Shown here piece after piece: positions 32,083 to 42,187 of a DNA stretch of 64,000 bases. The stretch lies in NCBI GenBank assembly GCA_963708295.1, contig CAVPSJ010000008.1:224001-288000 (forward strand), given 5' to 3'. This stretch comes from an uncultured delta proteobacterium (GTDB lineage: Bacteria > Desulfobacterota > BSN033 > UBA1163). Positions within the stretch are counted from its first letter, which is position 1, and the number at the start of each line of letters is the position of its first letter. The position numbers were made by a program, and so were the translations under genes. A model generated the notes under the pieces. That model worked only from the letters and a program-made list of their open reading frames with translations, was not told the DNA's origin and ran no database searches.

Positions 32083-33528
32083 ATGGAACACAAGAGACCA
32101 ATCAAAACGATTCTCATTGCTTTGCTACTCGTAGGGTCCATACTTGGACTGGGGTACGGGATATCAACGGCAGTCAAACCCTCTAACTCACCGATCGCAC
32201 CGGCGACGGCTGTTTCCGAAGCTCCCATGATCCCGGCAAACTTTACGGATCTTGCAAGAACGGTCCGTCCCGGGGTCGTCAATATCCAGGTGGTTAAAAA
32301 AGTAAAGAACGTTGGTTTTGGATTCCATAGTTTTGGAGGGAATCCTTTCGGGGATTTTTTTGGGCCTTTCTTCGAGGGGAATCCGCCCCGTAGCTTCGAA
32401 CAGCGGGGTGTCGGCTCGGGGTTTGTCATGAACCAGGACGGATATGTTCTCACCAATAACCATGTGGTCGAAGACGCTGATCAGATCAAAGTGAAGCTCG
32501 CAAATGAAAAAGAGTATGATGGGAAGGTCGTAGGCCGCGATCCGAAAACCGACCTGGCTCTCGTGAAAATTAACGGAGCCTCGGACCTGCACGCTCTCCA
32601 GATGGGGAATTCAGATAACCTGAAAGTGGGCAGCTGGGTGGTGGCGGTCGGGAGCCCATTCGGATTGGAACAGACCGTGACGGCGGGCATTGTCAGCGCC
32701 AAGGGAAGGGTGATTGGCTCCGGGCCGTATGACGACTTCATTCAGACGGATGCCTCGATCAATCCGGGCAACAGCGGAGGTCCGCTGATCAACATGAAAG
32801 GGGAGGTGGTAGGCATTAATACCGCCATCATCGCTTCAGGCCAGGGGATTGGATTTGCGATTCCGATCAACATGGCCAAAGAGATTGTTCCCCAGCTCCA
32901 AGACAAGGGACATGTGACCCGGGGCTGGTTGGGTGTCAGCATCCAGGAGGTGACTCCGGAGCTGGCCAAATCATTTAGTCTCAAAGAAAAGAAAGGGGCA
33001 CTGGTTGCCCAGGTCGTTTCAGGCAGCCCGGCGGAGAAAGCGGGAATCGAACAGGGAGATGTTCTCGTAGAATTTGATGGTAAAGAAATTGCCGATTCTA
33101 AAGACCTACCCCGGATGGTTGCCTCCACTCCAGTCGGGAAAGCCGTTACCGTTAAGCTATCGAGGAACGGAAAAGTTCTTGATCGACAAGTAAAGGTAGG
33201 CGAGATGGAAGAGAAAGCAGAGGTGGCCAAAACTCCTTCCAGCAAGAAATCCTTGGGGATCACCGTCCAGGATCTTACCCCTGACGTTGCAAAAGGTCTT
33301 GGCCTGAGAAAAGACACAGGCGTGGTAGTGACCGGCGTTGAACCCGGAAGCCCGGCAGCCGATGCAGGAATTCGGACAGGCGATGTCATTCGAGAGGTCA
33401 ACCGAAAACCGGTTAAAGACGTGCAAGATTTCATTCAAAAGATCGAGAAGGCCAAGGATCAGGATAACGTTCTTCTTTTTCTTCAGAGAGGGCAGAACAA
33501 TCTGTTTGCCGCTGTAACACCAAAGTAA
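32083..33528 (+). CDS. degP: DegP/DegQ serine protease with two PDZ domains
   Basis: TNNHVV, DLAL, QTDASINPGNSGGPL; N-terminal hydrophobic segment. Confidence 0.93.
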   Translation: MEHKRPIKTILIALLLVGSILGLGYGISTAVKPSNSPIAPATAVSEAPMIPANFTDLARTVRPGVVNIQVVKKVKNVGFGFHSFGGNPFGDFFGPFFEGNPPRSFEQRGVGSGFVMNQDGYVLTNNHVVEDADQIKVKLANEKEYDGKVVGRDPKTDLALVKINGASDLHALQMGNSDNLKVGSWVVAVGSPFGLEQTVTAGIVSAKGRVIGSGPYDDFIQTDASINPGNSGGPLINMKGEVVGINTAIIASGQGIGFAIPINMAKEIVPQLQDKGHVTRGWLGVSIQEVTPELAKSFSLKEKKGALVAQVVSGSPAEKAGIEQGDVLVEFDGKEIADSKDLPRMVASTPVGKAVTVKLSRNGKVLDRQVKVGEMEEKAEVAKTPSSKKSLGITVQDLTPDVAKGLGLRKDTGVVVTGVEPGSPAADAGIRTGDVIREVNRKPVKDVQDFIQKIEKAKDQDNVLLFLQRGQNNLFAAVTPK

Positions 33529-33534
33529 TTGTGT

Positions 33535-33584
33535 GAACCCTGATCGGATGGTCTGAAAATCACTCCGATCAGGGTTCTTTCTTT
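33535..33584 (+). terminator. Intrinsic terminator after degP
   Basis: 14-bp stem gaaccctgatcgga/tccgatcagggttc followed by tttcttt. Confidence 0.8.
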
Positions 33585-33687
33585 GGCAGGCGCCTCAAAA
33601 AGCACGGGCTCATATCAGAATGTCATTTAAGTTTTTTCGCCAGTTTGGACCCTTAGCAGAAGGGACTACCTCGGAGGTGAGAGAAAG

Positions 33688-33888
33688 ATGAATAGAAAAA
33701 TTATCATCAAGGCAGGTGATTTCAACAAGGAGATCTCTTCTTTCCTCGCAGAAGTAGGAGGGGATATGCCCATCGACTGGGACATAGAGGCCTTGGACAA
33801 AGTGAAGAGCGCCGTTGTTGAAGCCTTTACGAAGATGGGAGTTGGGATTGAGGTGGACGACCGATTTCCAACAACAGTTCATCCGTAA
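33688..33888 (+). CDS. Hypothetical protein (66 aa)
   Basis: GGAGGTGA RBS; plausible composition; no motif recognised. Confidence 0.45.
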   Translation: MNRKIIIKAGDFNKEISSFLAEVGGDMPIDWDIEALDKVKSAVVEAFTKMGVGIEVDDRFPTTVHP

Positions 33889-34050
33889 TTATCCTTTCGG
33901 CGTTTGATCCGGTTCAATATCCAGAAGCGGGGAGGCTCGCCCCGGTTAGAGGTAAATCTCTAAGGGGGGTAAAGGGGACGGGTCACTCTTCTGATTAGAA
34001 AGCCGCTGTCGCCTGAATTATCAAATTCCTAGATCCCCGATTTCCAACGC

Positions 34051-36312
34051 CTACATTACCGAAGCAGGAATTGTAGTCACTGGGAGATCAATTCCATCTC
34101 CACCCCAACCCACTCCGTAGGGTGAACCCCCTGAAGAAGGGACGATATACCAGCCTCCGGTGCTGGTCCGATAAATGGCAATGTCTGTCTTCCCATCCCC
34201 ATCATAATCTCCTGAAACAGGTTTATCAGAGGCATCTCCACCCCATCCGACGCCATAGGGAGTATCCGGCGCCGAAGAGGGGATGATATACCATCCACCG
34301 TTGCTGGTCCTGTAGATAGCTACATCGGCTTTGCCATCCCCGTCGTAGTCTCCTGGGACAGGCGTGAACCCAAATCCCCCCCAGTCCACTCCATAGGCTC
34401 CACCACCTGAAGAAGGAATAATCCACCAAGCTCCGCTGCTGCTATCGTAGATGGCAATATCAGTCTTCCCATCTCCATCGTAATCTGCAGGCGCAGGTTT
34501 GAAAGCTGACCCGCCCCAGCCGACTCCGTAAGCTCCAGCACCTGAAGAAGGAATGATCCACCAAGCACCGGCGGTCGTATCATAGATCGCGATGTCGGTC
34601 TTTGCATCTCCGTCATAATCTGCATGAACCGGTGTAAATCCCGGTCCGCCCCAGCCCACTCCGTAGGCCCCGGTACCCGAAGAGGGAATGATCCACCAAA
34701 CACCGGTGGTCGTATCGTAGACGGCAATATCGGTCTTCCCATCGCCGTCATAATCTCCAGCGGAAGGTATGTAAGAATCTCCACCCCAGCCTACTCCGTA
34801 AGGGGGGCTGTCCCCAGACGGATAAATATACCAGGCCCCATTGCTGGCTCGGTAGATAGCTATGTCAGTCTCTCCATCCATATCAAAATCAACAGATCGG
34901 TTGGGAATCGATACCGCAAAGCTGACTGCATTCCCGGCTGCTGAAATATTTCTGACATCCACTCCTGTTGCTGTTTCATTATAGCGTTGACTCCCAGGAG
35001 TGGTGTAGGAGCTAAAGGTTTTACCGGTGGTGTAATAGTCGGCGGCATCCGCCGAACCTCCTGCTTCGATCTCTTCAAGCCCATCCGCCTCCATGAGGCG
35101 TAACAATTTATGCTCGGCGTAAGAGTTGTTGTATAGAAAATTCGTTCCCGAGGCATTGAGGCGAGCATCTACATGCCAGATTAAAAGTCCATCGTTCGGG
35201 TAGGGTGTATCATTGGCCGCGCGATACCGATTCTGAATCATAAAGAATTCAGCGAACTGGTTTCCCTGTAAGGCACCGGGCATCACGACCAAAGCGTCTT
35301 CCGAAGTCGCAGAAGGATTCAGGGTTAAGTTCTGAAGACCCGATTTGTGGACAGTCGGATTTATCCAGTCCAACAGGAATTTGCTGAAACAGTTGTGATC
35401 CCCCCGATTCGCATCCATCATATCGAGGCCTCCCACCCCTCCATCAGGTCCCACGCTGCCATCGTAGTCATAATAGTCCGGTAAACCCAATGCGTGGCCT
35501 GTTTCATGGATGGCTACTGTGGAACTGAAAGGTCCGGGGTAGTTGTAGGCCGCCCACTGCCAGGAATAGGTGTCAAGCCTCTTCCCATCCAAACGATAAG
35601 AGGAATCCGAAAAAGTGGTCATGTACCCCCACCAGAAACTTGCCCACGCTCCATGAGGGCCTGTCCAGATCACGATCAGATAGTCGATGGTCCCATCGCC
35701 GTCGTTATCATACTGGGCAAAGTCATGGCCTAAGCCTTCGTAGTAATTGAGCGCCTCCTTAATAAGGTTTTGTCGGCCCTGAGTTGTTTGCGGCACATTG
35801 CCACGGGGATAAGAAGTCCGATACCATCCAAGCACGTTTCCCTGTATCTCAAGCTTGTTGTAGGATGAACGTTGATAATAATTGCGAAGACTTTCGTAGG
35901 GAGGTCCAATCGTGCCATTCCCAAAAAGTTTTGACGCAATGGTAGCAGCGCTATCAACACCAACATCCGTTTCAGGATAATCGCTAAAAGCGATGAGCAA
36001 GGCGAGAACTTTCACTGTTCCCGAAGTGGGCATGCCGCGCCACGCAGGAGGAGGTGCAAGAATCTGATCGATCTCCGATGGACTCATCCCATCCCTTTGC
36101 AAAGAGATTCGCCTCAACCGGTGTTGGGCCCGGGCTACAAGGCTTTCGGATGTGAGATGGTTTCCAAGGGCCTTGGCCTCAGCGATACGGGAAGCCAAAG
36201 AGCCGTCGCTTCGATACTCCTCGATTTGCTCTTTTGTTGGAGCTTCAAGGGCTGAAACCATACGACAGAGGAAGATGAGCAATAACCCTATGGCAGGAGC
36301 TACTCTTTTCAT
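34051..36312 (-). CDS. Secreted M6-family (immune inhibitor A-like) metalloprotease with six FG-GAP-like C-terminal repeats
   Basis: Signal peptide, HETGHALGLPDYY, DMM Met-turn-like motif, GLLIWHVD; tail of six DxDGDG repeats. Confidence 0.88.
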   Translation of the reverse strand: MKRVAPAIGLLLIFLCRMVSALEAPTKEQIEEYRSDGSLASRIAEAKALGNHLTSESLVARAQHRLRRISLQRDGMSPSEIDQILAPPPAWRGMPTSGTVKVLALLIAFSDYPETDVGVDSAATIASKLFGNGTIGPPYESLRNYYQRSSYNKLEIQGNVLGWYRTSYPRGNVPQTTQGRQNLIKEALNYYEGLGHDFAQYDNDGDGTIDYLIVIWTGPHGAWASFWWGYMTTFSDSSYRLDGKRLDTYSWQWAAYNYPGPFSSTVAIHETGHALGLPDYYDYDGSVGPDGGVGGLDMMDANRGDHNCFSKFLLDWINPTVHKSGLQNLTLNPSATSEDALVVMPGALQGNQFAEFFMIQNRYRAANDTPYPNDGLLIWHVDARLNASGTNFLYNNSYAEHKLLRLMEADGLEEIEAGGSADAADYYTTGKTFSSYTTPGSQRYNETATGVDVRNISAAGNAVSFAVSIPNRSVDFDMDGETDIAIYRASNGAWYIYPSGDSPPYGVGWGGDSYIPSAGDYDGDGKTDIAVYDTTTGVWWIIPSSGTGAYGVGWGGPGFTPVHADYDGDAKTDIAIYDTTAGAWWIIPSSGAGAYGVGWGGSAFKPAPADYDGDGKTDIAIYDSSSGAWWIIPSSGGGAYGVDWGGFGFTPVPGDYDGDGKADVAIYRTSNGGWYIIPSSAPDTPYGVGWGGDASDKPVSGDYDGDGKTDIAIYRTSTGGWYIVPSSGGSPYGVGWGGDGIDLPVTTIPASVM

Positions 36313-36360
36313 CTTTCAATCTCCGATTGACTTTCGATAGTCTCGTCCGCTGCCATTACA

Positions 36361-36376
36361 AGCATTTAGTGTGCCA
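36361..36376 (-). promoter_or_regulatory. Sigma54 promoter of the M6 protease
   Basis: Minus strand TGGCACACTAAATGCT (GG-N10-GC), about 50 bp upstream of the ATG. Confidence 0.65.
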
Positions 36377-36494
36377 CGGCGTCAAAAACATAACTAATGG
36401 ATTACAAAAGATTTTTCTAAATGGTTCCGGTATCTATTTGCTCAAAAAGGACAAAAAGGTAAGGCATGATGGATTTTTGGGCAGAATTCTGCAG

Positions 36495-36546
36495 AAAACG
36501 AAAGAAGGGATGCAGCCTGAATAATCGTCAGAAGCTGCATCCCTTC
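36495..36546 (-). terminator. Intrinsic terminator
   Basis: 13-bp stem gaagggatgcagc/gctgcatcccttc with a U-rich tail on the minus strand. Confidence 0.75.
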
Positions 36547-36588
36547 CGTCTCAAGTTAACAAATCATACCTGAAAAACTTCAATCAAA

Positions 36589-36924
36589 CTAATCAGGGTT
36601 TGTCGTCAACGGTACATCGGACGCATCTCCACCCCAACCTATGCCATAGTAACTTCCGTCGGAAGAGTAAATAATCAACCATCCGCCATCGCTGCCCTGA
36701 TAAATGGCCACATCGGTTTTCCCATCTCCGTCATAGTCTCCCGGAACAGGTGTGAATCCAGATCCGCCCCAGCCCACACCATAGGCCTCGGTTCCCGAAG
36801 AGGGAATAATCCACCAAGCACCCGTACCGGCGTGGTAAATTGCAATGTCCGTCTTTCCATCCCCGTCATAGTCCCCAGGCACAGGTTTGAAAGCTGACCC
36901 GCCCCAACCGACTCCGTAAGCCGG
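36589..36924 (-). pseudogene. Orphan FG-GAP-like tail fragment (~2.3 repeats)
   Basis: AYGVGWGGSAFKPVPGDYDGDG...PLTTNPD with no start codon context or N-terminal domain. Confidence 0.75.
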
Positions 36925-36955
36925 TTAAATTCTTCAATCTTTCTGCTACCTATTT

Positions 36956-38991
36956 TTATAAGGCTGGATTTGCAGTCAAAGGGATATCAGATGCATCTCC
37001 TCCCCAACCCACTCCGTAGGGTGAACCGCCCGAGGAAGGAATGATCCACCAGGCACCCGTGCTGCCCTGATAGATCGCAATATCGGTCTTTCCATCTCCA
37101 TCATAATCACCAGGAACAAGGGTGAATCCGGACCCACCCCAGCCAACTCCATAAGGAGGAGCACCCGAAGAGGGGATGATCCACCAGGCACCGCTGGCAG
37201 TGTTATAGATGGCAATGTCAGTCTTTCGGTCTCCATCATAGTCCCCGGGAATAGGTGTAAATGCAGTTCCACCCCAACCCACTCCATAGGGAGGGGGAGT
37301 CCCAGTAAGAATCCCAGAAGAGGGGATGATCCACCAGGTACCGGTACTGGCCTGGTAGATAGCGACATCGACCTTTCCGTCTCCATCATAATCACCAGGA
37401 ACAGGGGTGAATCCGGATCCACCCCAGCCAACTCCATAAGGAGGAGCACCCGAAGAGGGGATGATCCACCAGGCGCCGCTGGCAGTGTCATAGATGGCAA
37501 TATCAGTCTTTCGGTCTCCGTCATAGTCCCCGGGAACAGGTTTAAAAGCTGACCCACCCCAACCTACTCCGTAAGCGCCAACGCCCGAAGAGGGGATGAT
37601 CCACCAGGCGCCGGCGGTGGTATCATAGATCGCGATATCGGTCTTCCCGTCTCCATCATAGTCTCCAGGAACAGGTGTGAATCCGGGTCCACCCCAGCCA
37701 ATCCCATAAGCCGGAGCACCTGAAGAAGGGATGATCCACCAAGCACCCGTGCTCAGGCGATACACGGCAATATCGGTTTTTCCATCCCCGTCAAAATCCC
37801 CGGTTACCGGAGCGGTGATTCTATAGATGTCTCCGGCGATATAATCAGCTAAATAAAGCTCACCCGCTTCGTCTTCTCCAAAACTGGTAATGGCGAAAGG
37901 AGAGTCGAGGAGCAAGCTGTTTTCCCAGACCGCACCATTACGTTTCAGTCCCCAAATTCTTCCTGTACAGTTCGTCCCCATAGAAATAGATGCCCGTCAT
38001 CTGGGGATGGAGATTCCCGCGGTAAACAAAACCCCCGATCACCGAGCAATCTCCCTGCGTATGATCGTACTCAACCACCGGCAATGTTAACCCTGTCTGA
38101 TTACATGTGGGGAGAGGATTGTTGAAATCAAGTTTGTTGAAACAATGAAACCCTTCCATGATGCTCCAACCGTAGTTTTGACCGCCCGGGCTGGCAGCGG
38201 GCTGAAAATCTACCTCTTCAAAGAGGTTCTGGCCGACGTCTCCAATATAAAGGTCTCCGGTCAATCGATCGAAGGAGAACCGGAAAGGGTTTCGTAGTCC
38301 GAGGGCCCAAATTTCCGGAAGAAAACCCTGGGTTGCGACGAAAGGATTGCTTGTAGGGATTACGTAGGTGTTCGATTCTTGGGTTAACCACGGATTCGAC
38401 ATCAATCCGCAGGATTTTCCCTAAGAAGGTGTTGGGATTTTGGCCATTATTATTAGGATCTCCGCCACTCCCTCCGTCACCGGTTCCAATGTATAAAAAG
38501 CCATCCGGGCCAAATGCCAATTGGCCACCATTGTGATTTGTAAAGGTTGGGTGCAAAAAGGTTTGAAGGATGACCTCACTGTTGGGATCGGCCACATCAG
38601 GATTGGCTGTTAGAAAATAGCGCGCCGCGACATTATCCCCATTTAAATTCGTATAATAGACGTAGAAATAACCCTTCGCATTAAATTGGGGTGGAAAGGC
38701 CACGCTAAGCAAGCCCTGCTCTCCGCCGAAGAGAACCCGATTGGCGCCGGTACTACTGATGTCCAGGAAAGGGGTCGCAAGCAGGACGCCGTTTTTGACA
38801 ATTCGTATTCGCCCTGGTTGTTCGACAATAAACAATCGGCCGCTTCCATCTCCGGCATGGGTGATATGAACAGGAAAACTCAGGCCGCTTATTTGCCTAT
38901 TAAGGGATATAGCAGGAAACTGAGCACCTGCTTGGGATGGAAGAAAGAGCAGAAAGAATCCCAGGAGTAGAAGGCAACGCATACCCTTCAT
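36956..38991 (-). CDS. Secreted PQQ-dependent glucose/sorbosone dehydrogenase-family protein with six FG-GAP-like repeats (two frameshifts)
   Basis: Signal peptide, EQGLLSVAF, NHNGGQLAFGPDG.LYIGTGDGG, GLRNPFRFSFD, SFGEDEAGELY. Confidence 0.85.
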
Positions 38992-39113
38992 TTCAACTGT
39001 TCTCCTCTCATGTCGAAAGATCTTTATCTCCAAATATGCCTCCAACTCAAAAAGGAGGCAGTCTTAGCCCCGCTTCCGCTTTTTTAGAGGAAAGATAAAA
39101 CCCTTCTGACAAT

Positions 39114-41300
39114 TCAATAAATCGAAGAAAAATTCGCAGTCAAAGGGATATCAGATGCATCTCCACCCCAACCTACTCCATAGGTTCCAGTGCCTGAAGA
39201 GGGGATGATCCACCAGGTACCGGTACCGACCTGGTAGATAGCGACATCGGCCCTTCCATCTCCATCGTAATCTCCAGGAACAGGTATATATCCAGAACCA
39301 CCCCATCCCACTCCGTAGGGTGCGCCAGTAGGGGCGCTGGGTGTGACAGTTGAGGAAGGAATAATCCACCAAACCCCGGTGGTTTCCTGGTAAATTGCAA
39401 TGTCGGTTTTCCCGTCGCCATCATAATCTGCAGGGAGAGGTGTGAATCCAGGTCCACCCCAACCCACTCCGTAGGCGGAAGCCCCAGAAGATGGAATGAT
39501 CCACCAGGCACCGTTGGTGGAATTGTAGATGGCGATGTCAGTTCTTCCATCGCCATCATAATCTGCAGGGAGAGGTGTGAATCCAGTTCCGCCCCAACCC
39601 ACTCCATAGGCTCCAGCACCTGAAGAAGGAATAATCCACCAGGCGCCGCTGGTGGAATTGTAGATGGCGATGTCAGTTCTTCCATCGCCATCATAATCTG
39701 CAGGGAGAGGTGTGAATCCAGTTCCGCCCCAACCCACTCCATAGGGAGGCGGAGTCCCACTAGGAATCCCTGAAGAAGGAATAATCCACCAGGCGCCGCT
39801 GGTGGAGTCGTAAATGGCAATGTCTGTTTTTCCATCCCCATCATAATCCCCGGGAACAGGCTTGAACGCAGATCCACCCCAACCAACCCCGTACCCAGCA
39901 GCACTCGAAGAGGGGATGACCCACCAGACACCTGTCCCGGGGCGGTAGATGCTGATATCAGTTTTTCCATCCCCATCAAAGTCAACGAGGCGGGTTTGGA
40001 CCTTTGCCAGGTAAATCCCTTGTTGCACAGCTCCCACAGCTCCAAAGACCACATTGCCGCCGCTAATCGCCGGGTCGGAGAAACCGGCGAAATTTTCTGA
40101 CGCGCCTGGGATTGGAGTATTGGTATCCGCCACTTTTTTCAGAGTAGTCCCATTGAAGAGATAAATCCCTTGTTGTACCGTCCCAAACGCTGTAAAGGCT
40201 ATGTTGCCACCGCTCATCACGGGGTCGAAGAAATAAGCGAAATTTTCTGACGCGCCTGGGATTGGAGTATTGGTATCCGCCACTTTGCTCAGGGTAGTCC
40301 CATTGAAGAGATAAATCCCCTCTTGTTCGGCGTTGTCCCCCCAAAAGGCCACGTTGCCGCCGCTAATCACCGGGGCAGAGAAATAGGCGAAATTTTCAGA
40401 TCCGCCTGGGATTGGAGTATTGGTATCCGCCACTTTGCTCAGGGTGGTCCCATTGAAGAGATAAATCCCTTGTTGTACCGTCCCGAACGCTGTAAAGGCT
40501 ATGTTGCCACCGCTTATCACGGGGTCGAAGAAATAAGCGAAATTTTCAGATCCGCCTGGGATTGGAGTATTGGTATCCGCCACTTTGCTCAGGGTAGTCC
40601 CATTGAACAGATAAATCCCCTCTTGTTCGGCGTTGTCCCCCCAAAAGGCCACGTTGCCGCCGCTAACCACCGGGGTAGAAAAATAGGCGAAATTTTCAGA
40701 TCCGCCTGGGATTGGAGTATTGGTATCCGCCACTTTACTCAGGGTGGTCCCATTGAAGAGATAAATCCCTTGTTGTACCGTCCCAAACGCTGTAAAGGCC
40801 ACGTTGCCGCCGCTCATCACCGGGTCGAAGAAATAAGCGAAATTTTCAGATCCGCCTGGGATTGGAGTATTGGTATCCGCCACTTTGCTCAGGGTAGTCC
40901 CATTGAACAGATAAATCCCCTCTTGTTCGGCGTTGCTCCCCCAAAAGGCCACGTTGCCGCCACTAACCACCGGGGTAGAAAAATAGGTGAAATTTTCAGA
41001 TCCGCCTGGGATTGGAGTATTGGTATCCGCCACTTTAATCAGAGTGGTTCCTTTGAATAGGTAAATTCCATCTTGCTCAGACTCCCCTCCTGCGTGAAAA
41101 GCCACGTTGTCCCCGTTGACCGTGTAGGGCGGGGGGGAGCCGTACGAGAAATACGTGAAGTTTCCCAACCCACCTGGGATAGGGGTACTGGTATCCGCTA
41201 CTTTGGTCAGAACGAAGGGCTGTGCCCCTGCTTGGGAGGGAATAATACACAAAAAGAAAAGTGCCGCTGACGTAAGCAAACCTAGATTTCCCTTTTTCAT
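39114..41300 (-). CDS. Secreted 50-aa tandem-repeat (beta-propeller-like) protein with six FG-GAP-like repeats
   Basis: Signal peptide; about 8 copies of GIYLFNGTTLSKVADTNTPIPG.SENF..F..P..SGGN.AF. Confidence 0.85.
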   Translation of the reverse strand: MKKGNLGLLTSAALFFLCIIPSQAGAQPFVLTKVADTSTPIPGGLGNFTYFSYGSPPPYTVNGDNVAFHAGGESEQDGIYLFKGTTLIKVADTNTPIPGGSENFTYFSTPVVSGGNVAFWGSNAEQEGIYLFNGTTLSKVADTNTPIPGGSENFAYFFDPVMSGGNVAFTAFGTVQQGIYLFNGTTLSKVADTNTPIPGGSENFAYFSTPVVSGGNVAFWGDNAEQEGIYLFNGTTLSKVADTNTPIPGGSENFAYFFDPVISGGNIAFTAFGTVQQGIYLFNGTTLSKVADTNTPIPGGSENFAYFSAPVISGGNVAFWGDNAEQEGIYLFNGTTLSKVADTNTPIPGASENFAYFFDPVMSGGNIAFTAFGTVQQGIYLFNGTTLKKVADTNTPIPGASENFAGFSDPAISGGNVVFGAVGAVQQGIYLAKVQTRLVDFDGDGKTDISIYRPGTGVWWVIPSSSAAGYGVGWGGSAFKPVPGDYDGDGKTDIAIYDSTSGAWWIIPSSGIPSGTPPPYGVGWGGTGFTPLPADYDGDGRTDIAIYNSTSGAWWIIPSSGAGAYGVGWGGTGFTPLPADYDGDGRTDIAIYNSTNGAWWIIPSSGASAYGVGWGGPGFTPLPADYDGDGKTDIAIYQETTGVWWIIPSSTVTPSAPTGAPYGVGWGGSGYIPVPGDYDGDGRADVAIYQVGTGTWWIIPSSGTGTYGVGWGGDASDIPLTANFSSIY
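40010..41060. repeat. Coding tandem repeat, 150-bp unit with 300-bp A/B superperiod
   Basis: cgcctgggattggagtattggtatccgccactt recurs every 150 bp; lines 40321, 40621 and 40921 are nearly identical. Confidence 0.9.
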
Positions 41301-41421
41301 TGAACCCTCCTTACCTCAGACCCAACGGTCCTTTCCTCGCCGCTGAAACGGGAGTGAGACTTCGGGTCAAACTTGATTATTGACATTCTTTTTCCTTTTC
41401 GTCACTTTAGGTGAATTTGAC

Positions 41422-41500
41422 AAGAAAGCCCGGCTTCCAAGTGGCGAGAGAATGGAGGCCTGGCGTCGATTCCATTGTTCTGCATCCTCATAAGGCAAAG
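41422..41500 (-). promoter_or_regulatory. Leader motif plus terminator hairpin upstream of the 39114-41300 gene
   Basis: Minus strand ctttgccttatgaggatgcagaacaatggaa, then hairpin gccaggcctcca...tggaagccgggc and tttctt; similar to 52325-52414. Confidence 0.5.
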
Positions 41501-41663
41501 AAATACAGAGTTAATTAAGCAAGATCTTATGACCGTGGGGACGGAAGATAAATAAGGTGAACCTTGTATTTTTAGAGCTTAAATGGTGTATTTTTGCAAC
41601 GCCAACGATTTTTTCTCTTTTTTGGGTTAGTGAAATCCGTTATCATAGTGCCGCCCGATCTCA

Positions 41664-42065
41664 TTATAGGGAACATAAAATAGGTCTGCAATCCACTCCA
41701 TAGGGAGGCGGAGTCCCAGTAGGAATCCCCGAAGAGGGGATAATCCCTTTCGCATTAAAACCGGGGGGAAAGGCCACACTGAGCAGTCCTTGCTCACCAC
41801 CGGATAATACCCTGTTGGCGCCGGTACTACTGATGTCCAGAAAAGGGGTCGCAAGCAGGACGCCGTTTCTGGCAATTCCCATTCGCCCTGGTTGTTCGAC
41901 AATAAACAACCGTCCGCTTCCATCACCGGCATGGGTGATATGAACAGGAAGACTTAGGCCGCTTATTTGTTTATTAAGGGATATAGCAGGAAACTGAGCG
42001 CCTGCTTGAGATGGAAGGAAGAGCAAAAAGAATCCCAGAAGCAGAAGGCAACGCATGCCCTTCAT
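41664..42065 (-). pseudogene. Truncated duplicate of the sugar-dehydrogenase N-terminus joined to a tail fragment
   Basis: First ~105 aa nearly identical to the gene starting at 38991, then jumps to IIPSSGIPTGTPPPYGV. Confidence 0.8.
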
Positions 42066-42187
42066 TTCAACTGGTCTCCCCTCATGTCGAAAGATCTTTA
42101 TCTACAAATATGCCTCCAACTCAAAAAGGGGGCAGTCTTGGCCCCGCTTCCGTTTTTTTAGAGGAAAGATAAAACCCTTCTGACACT

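Noticed and set aside
40010-41060. Regularly spaced identical ~33-bp sequences resembling a CRISPR array
   Set aside because: The 150-bp period lies in frame within an ORF, the intervening sequences are themselves repeats, and there are no cas genes.
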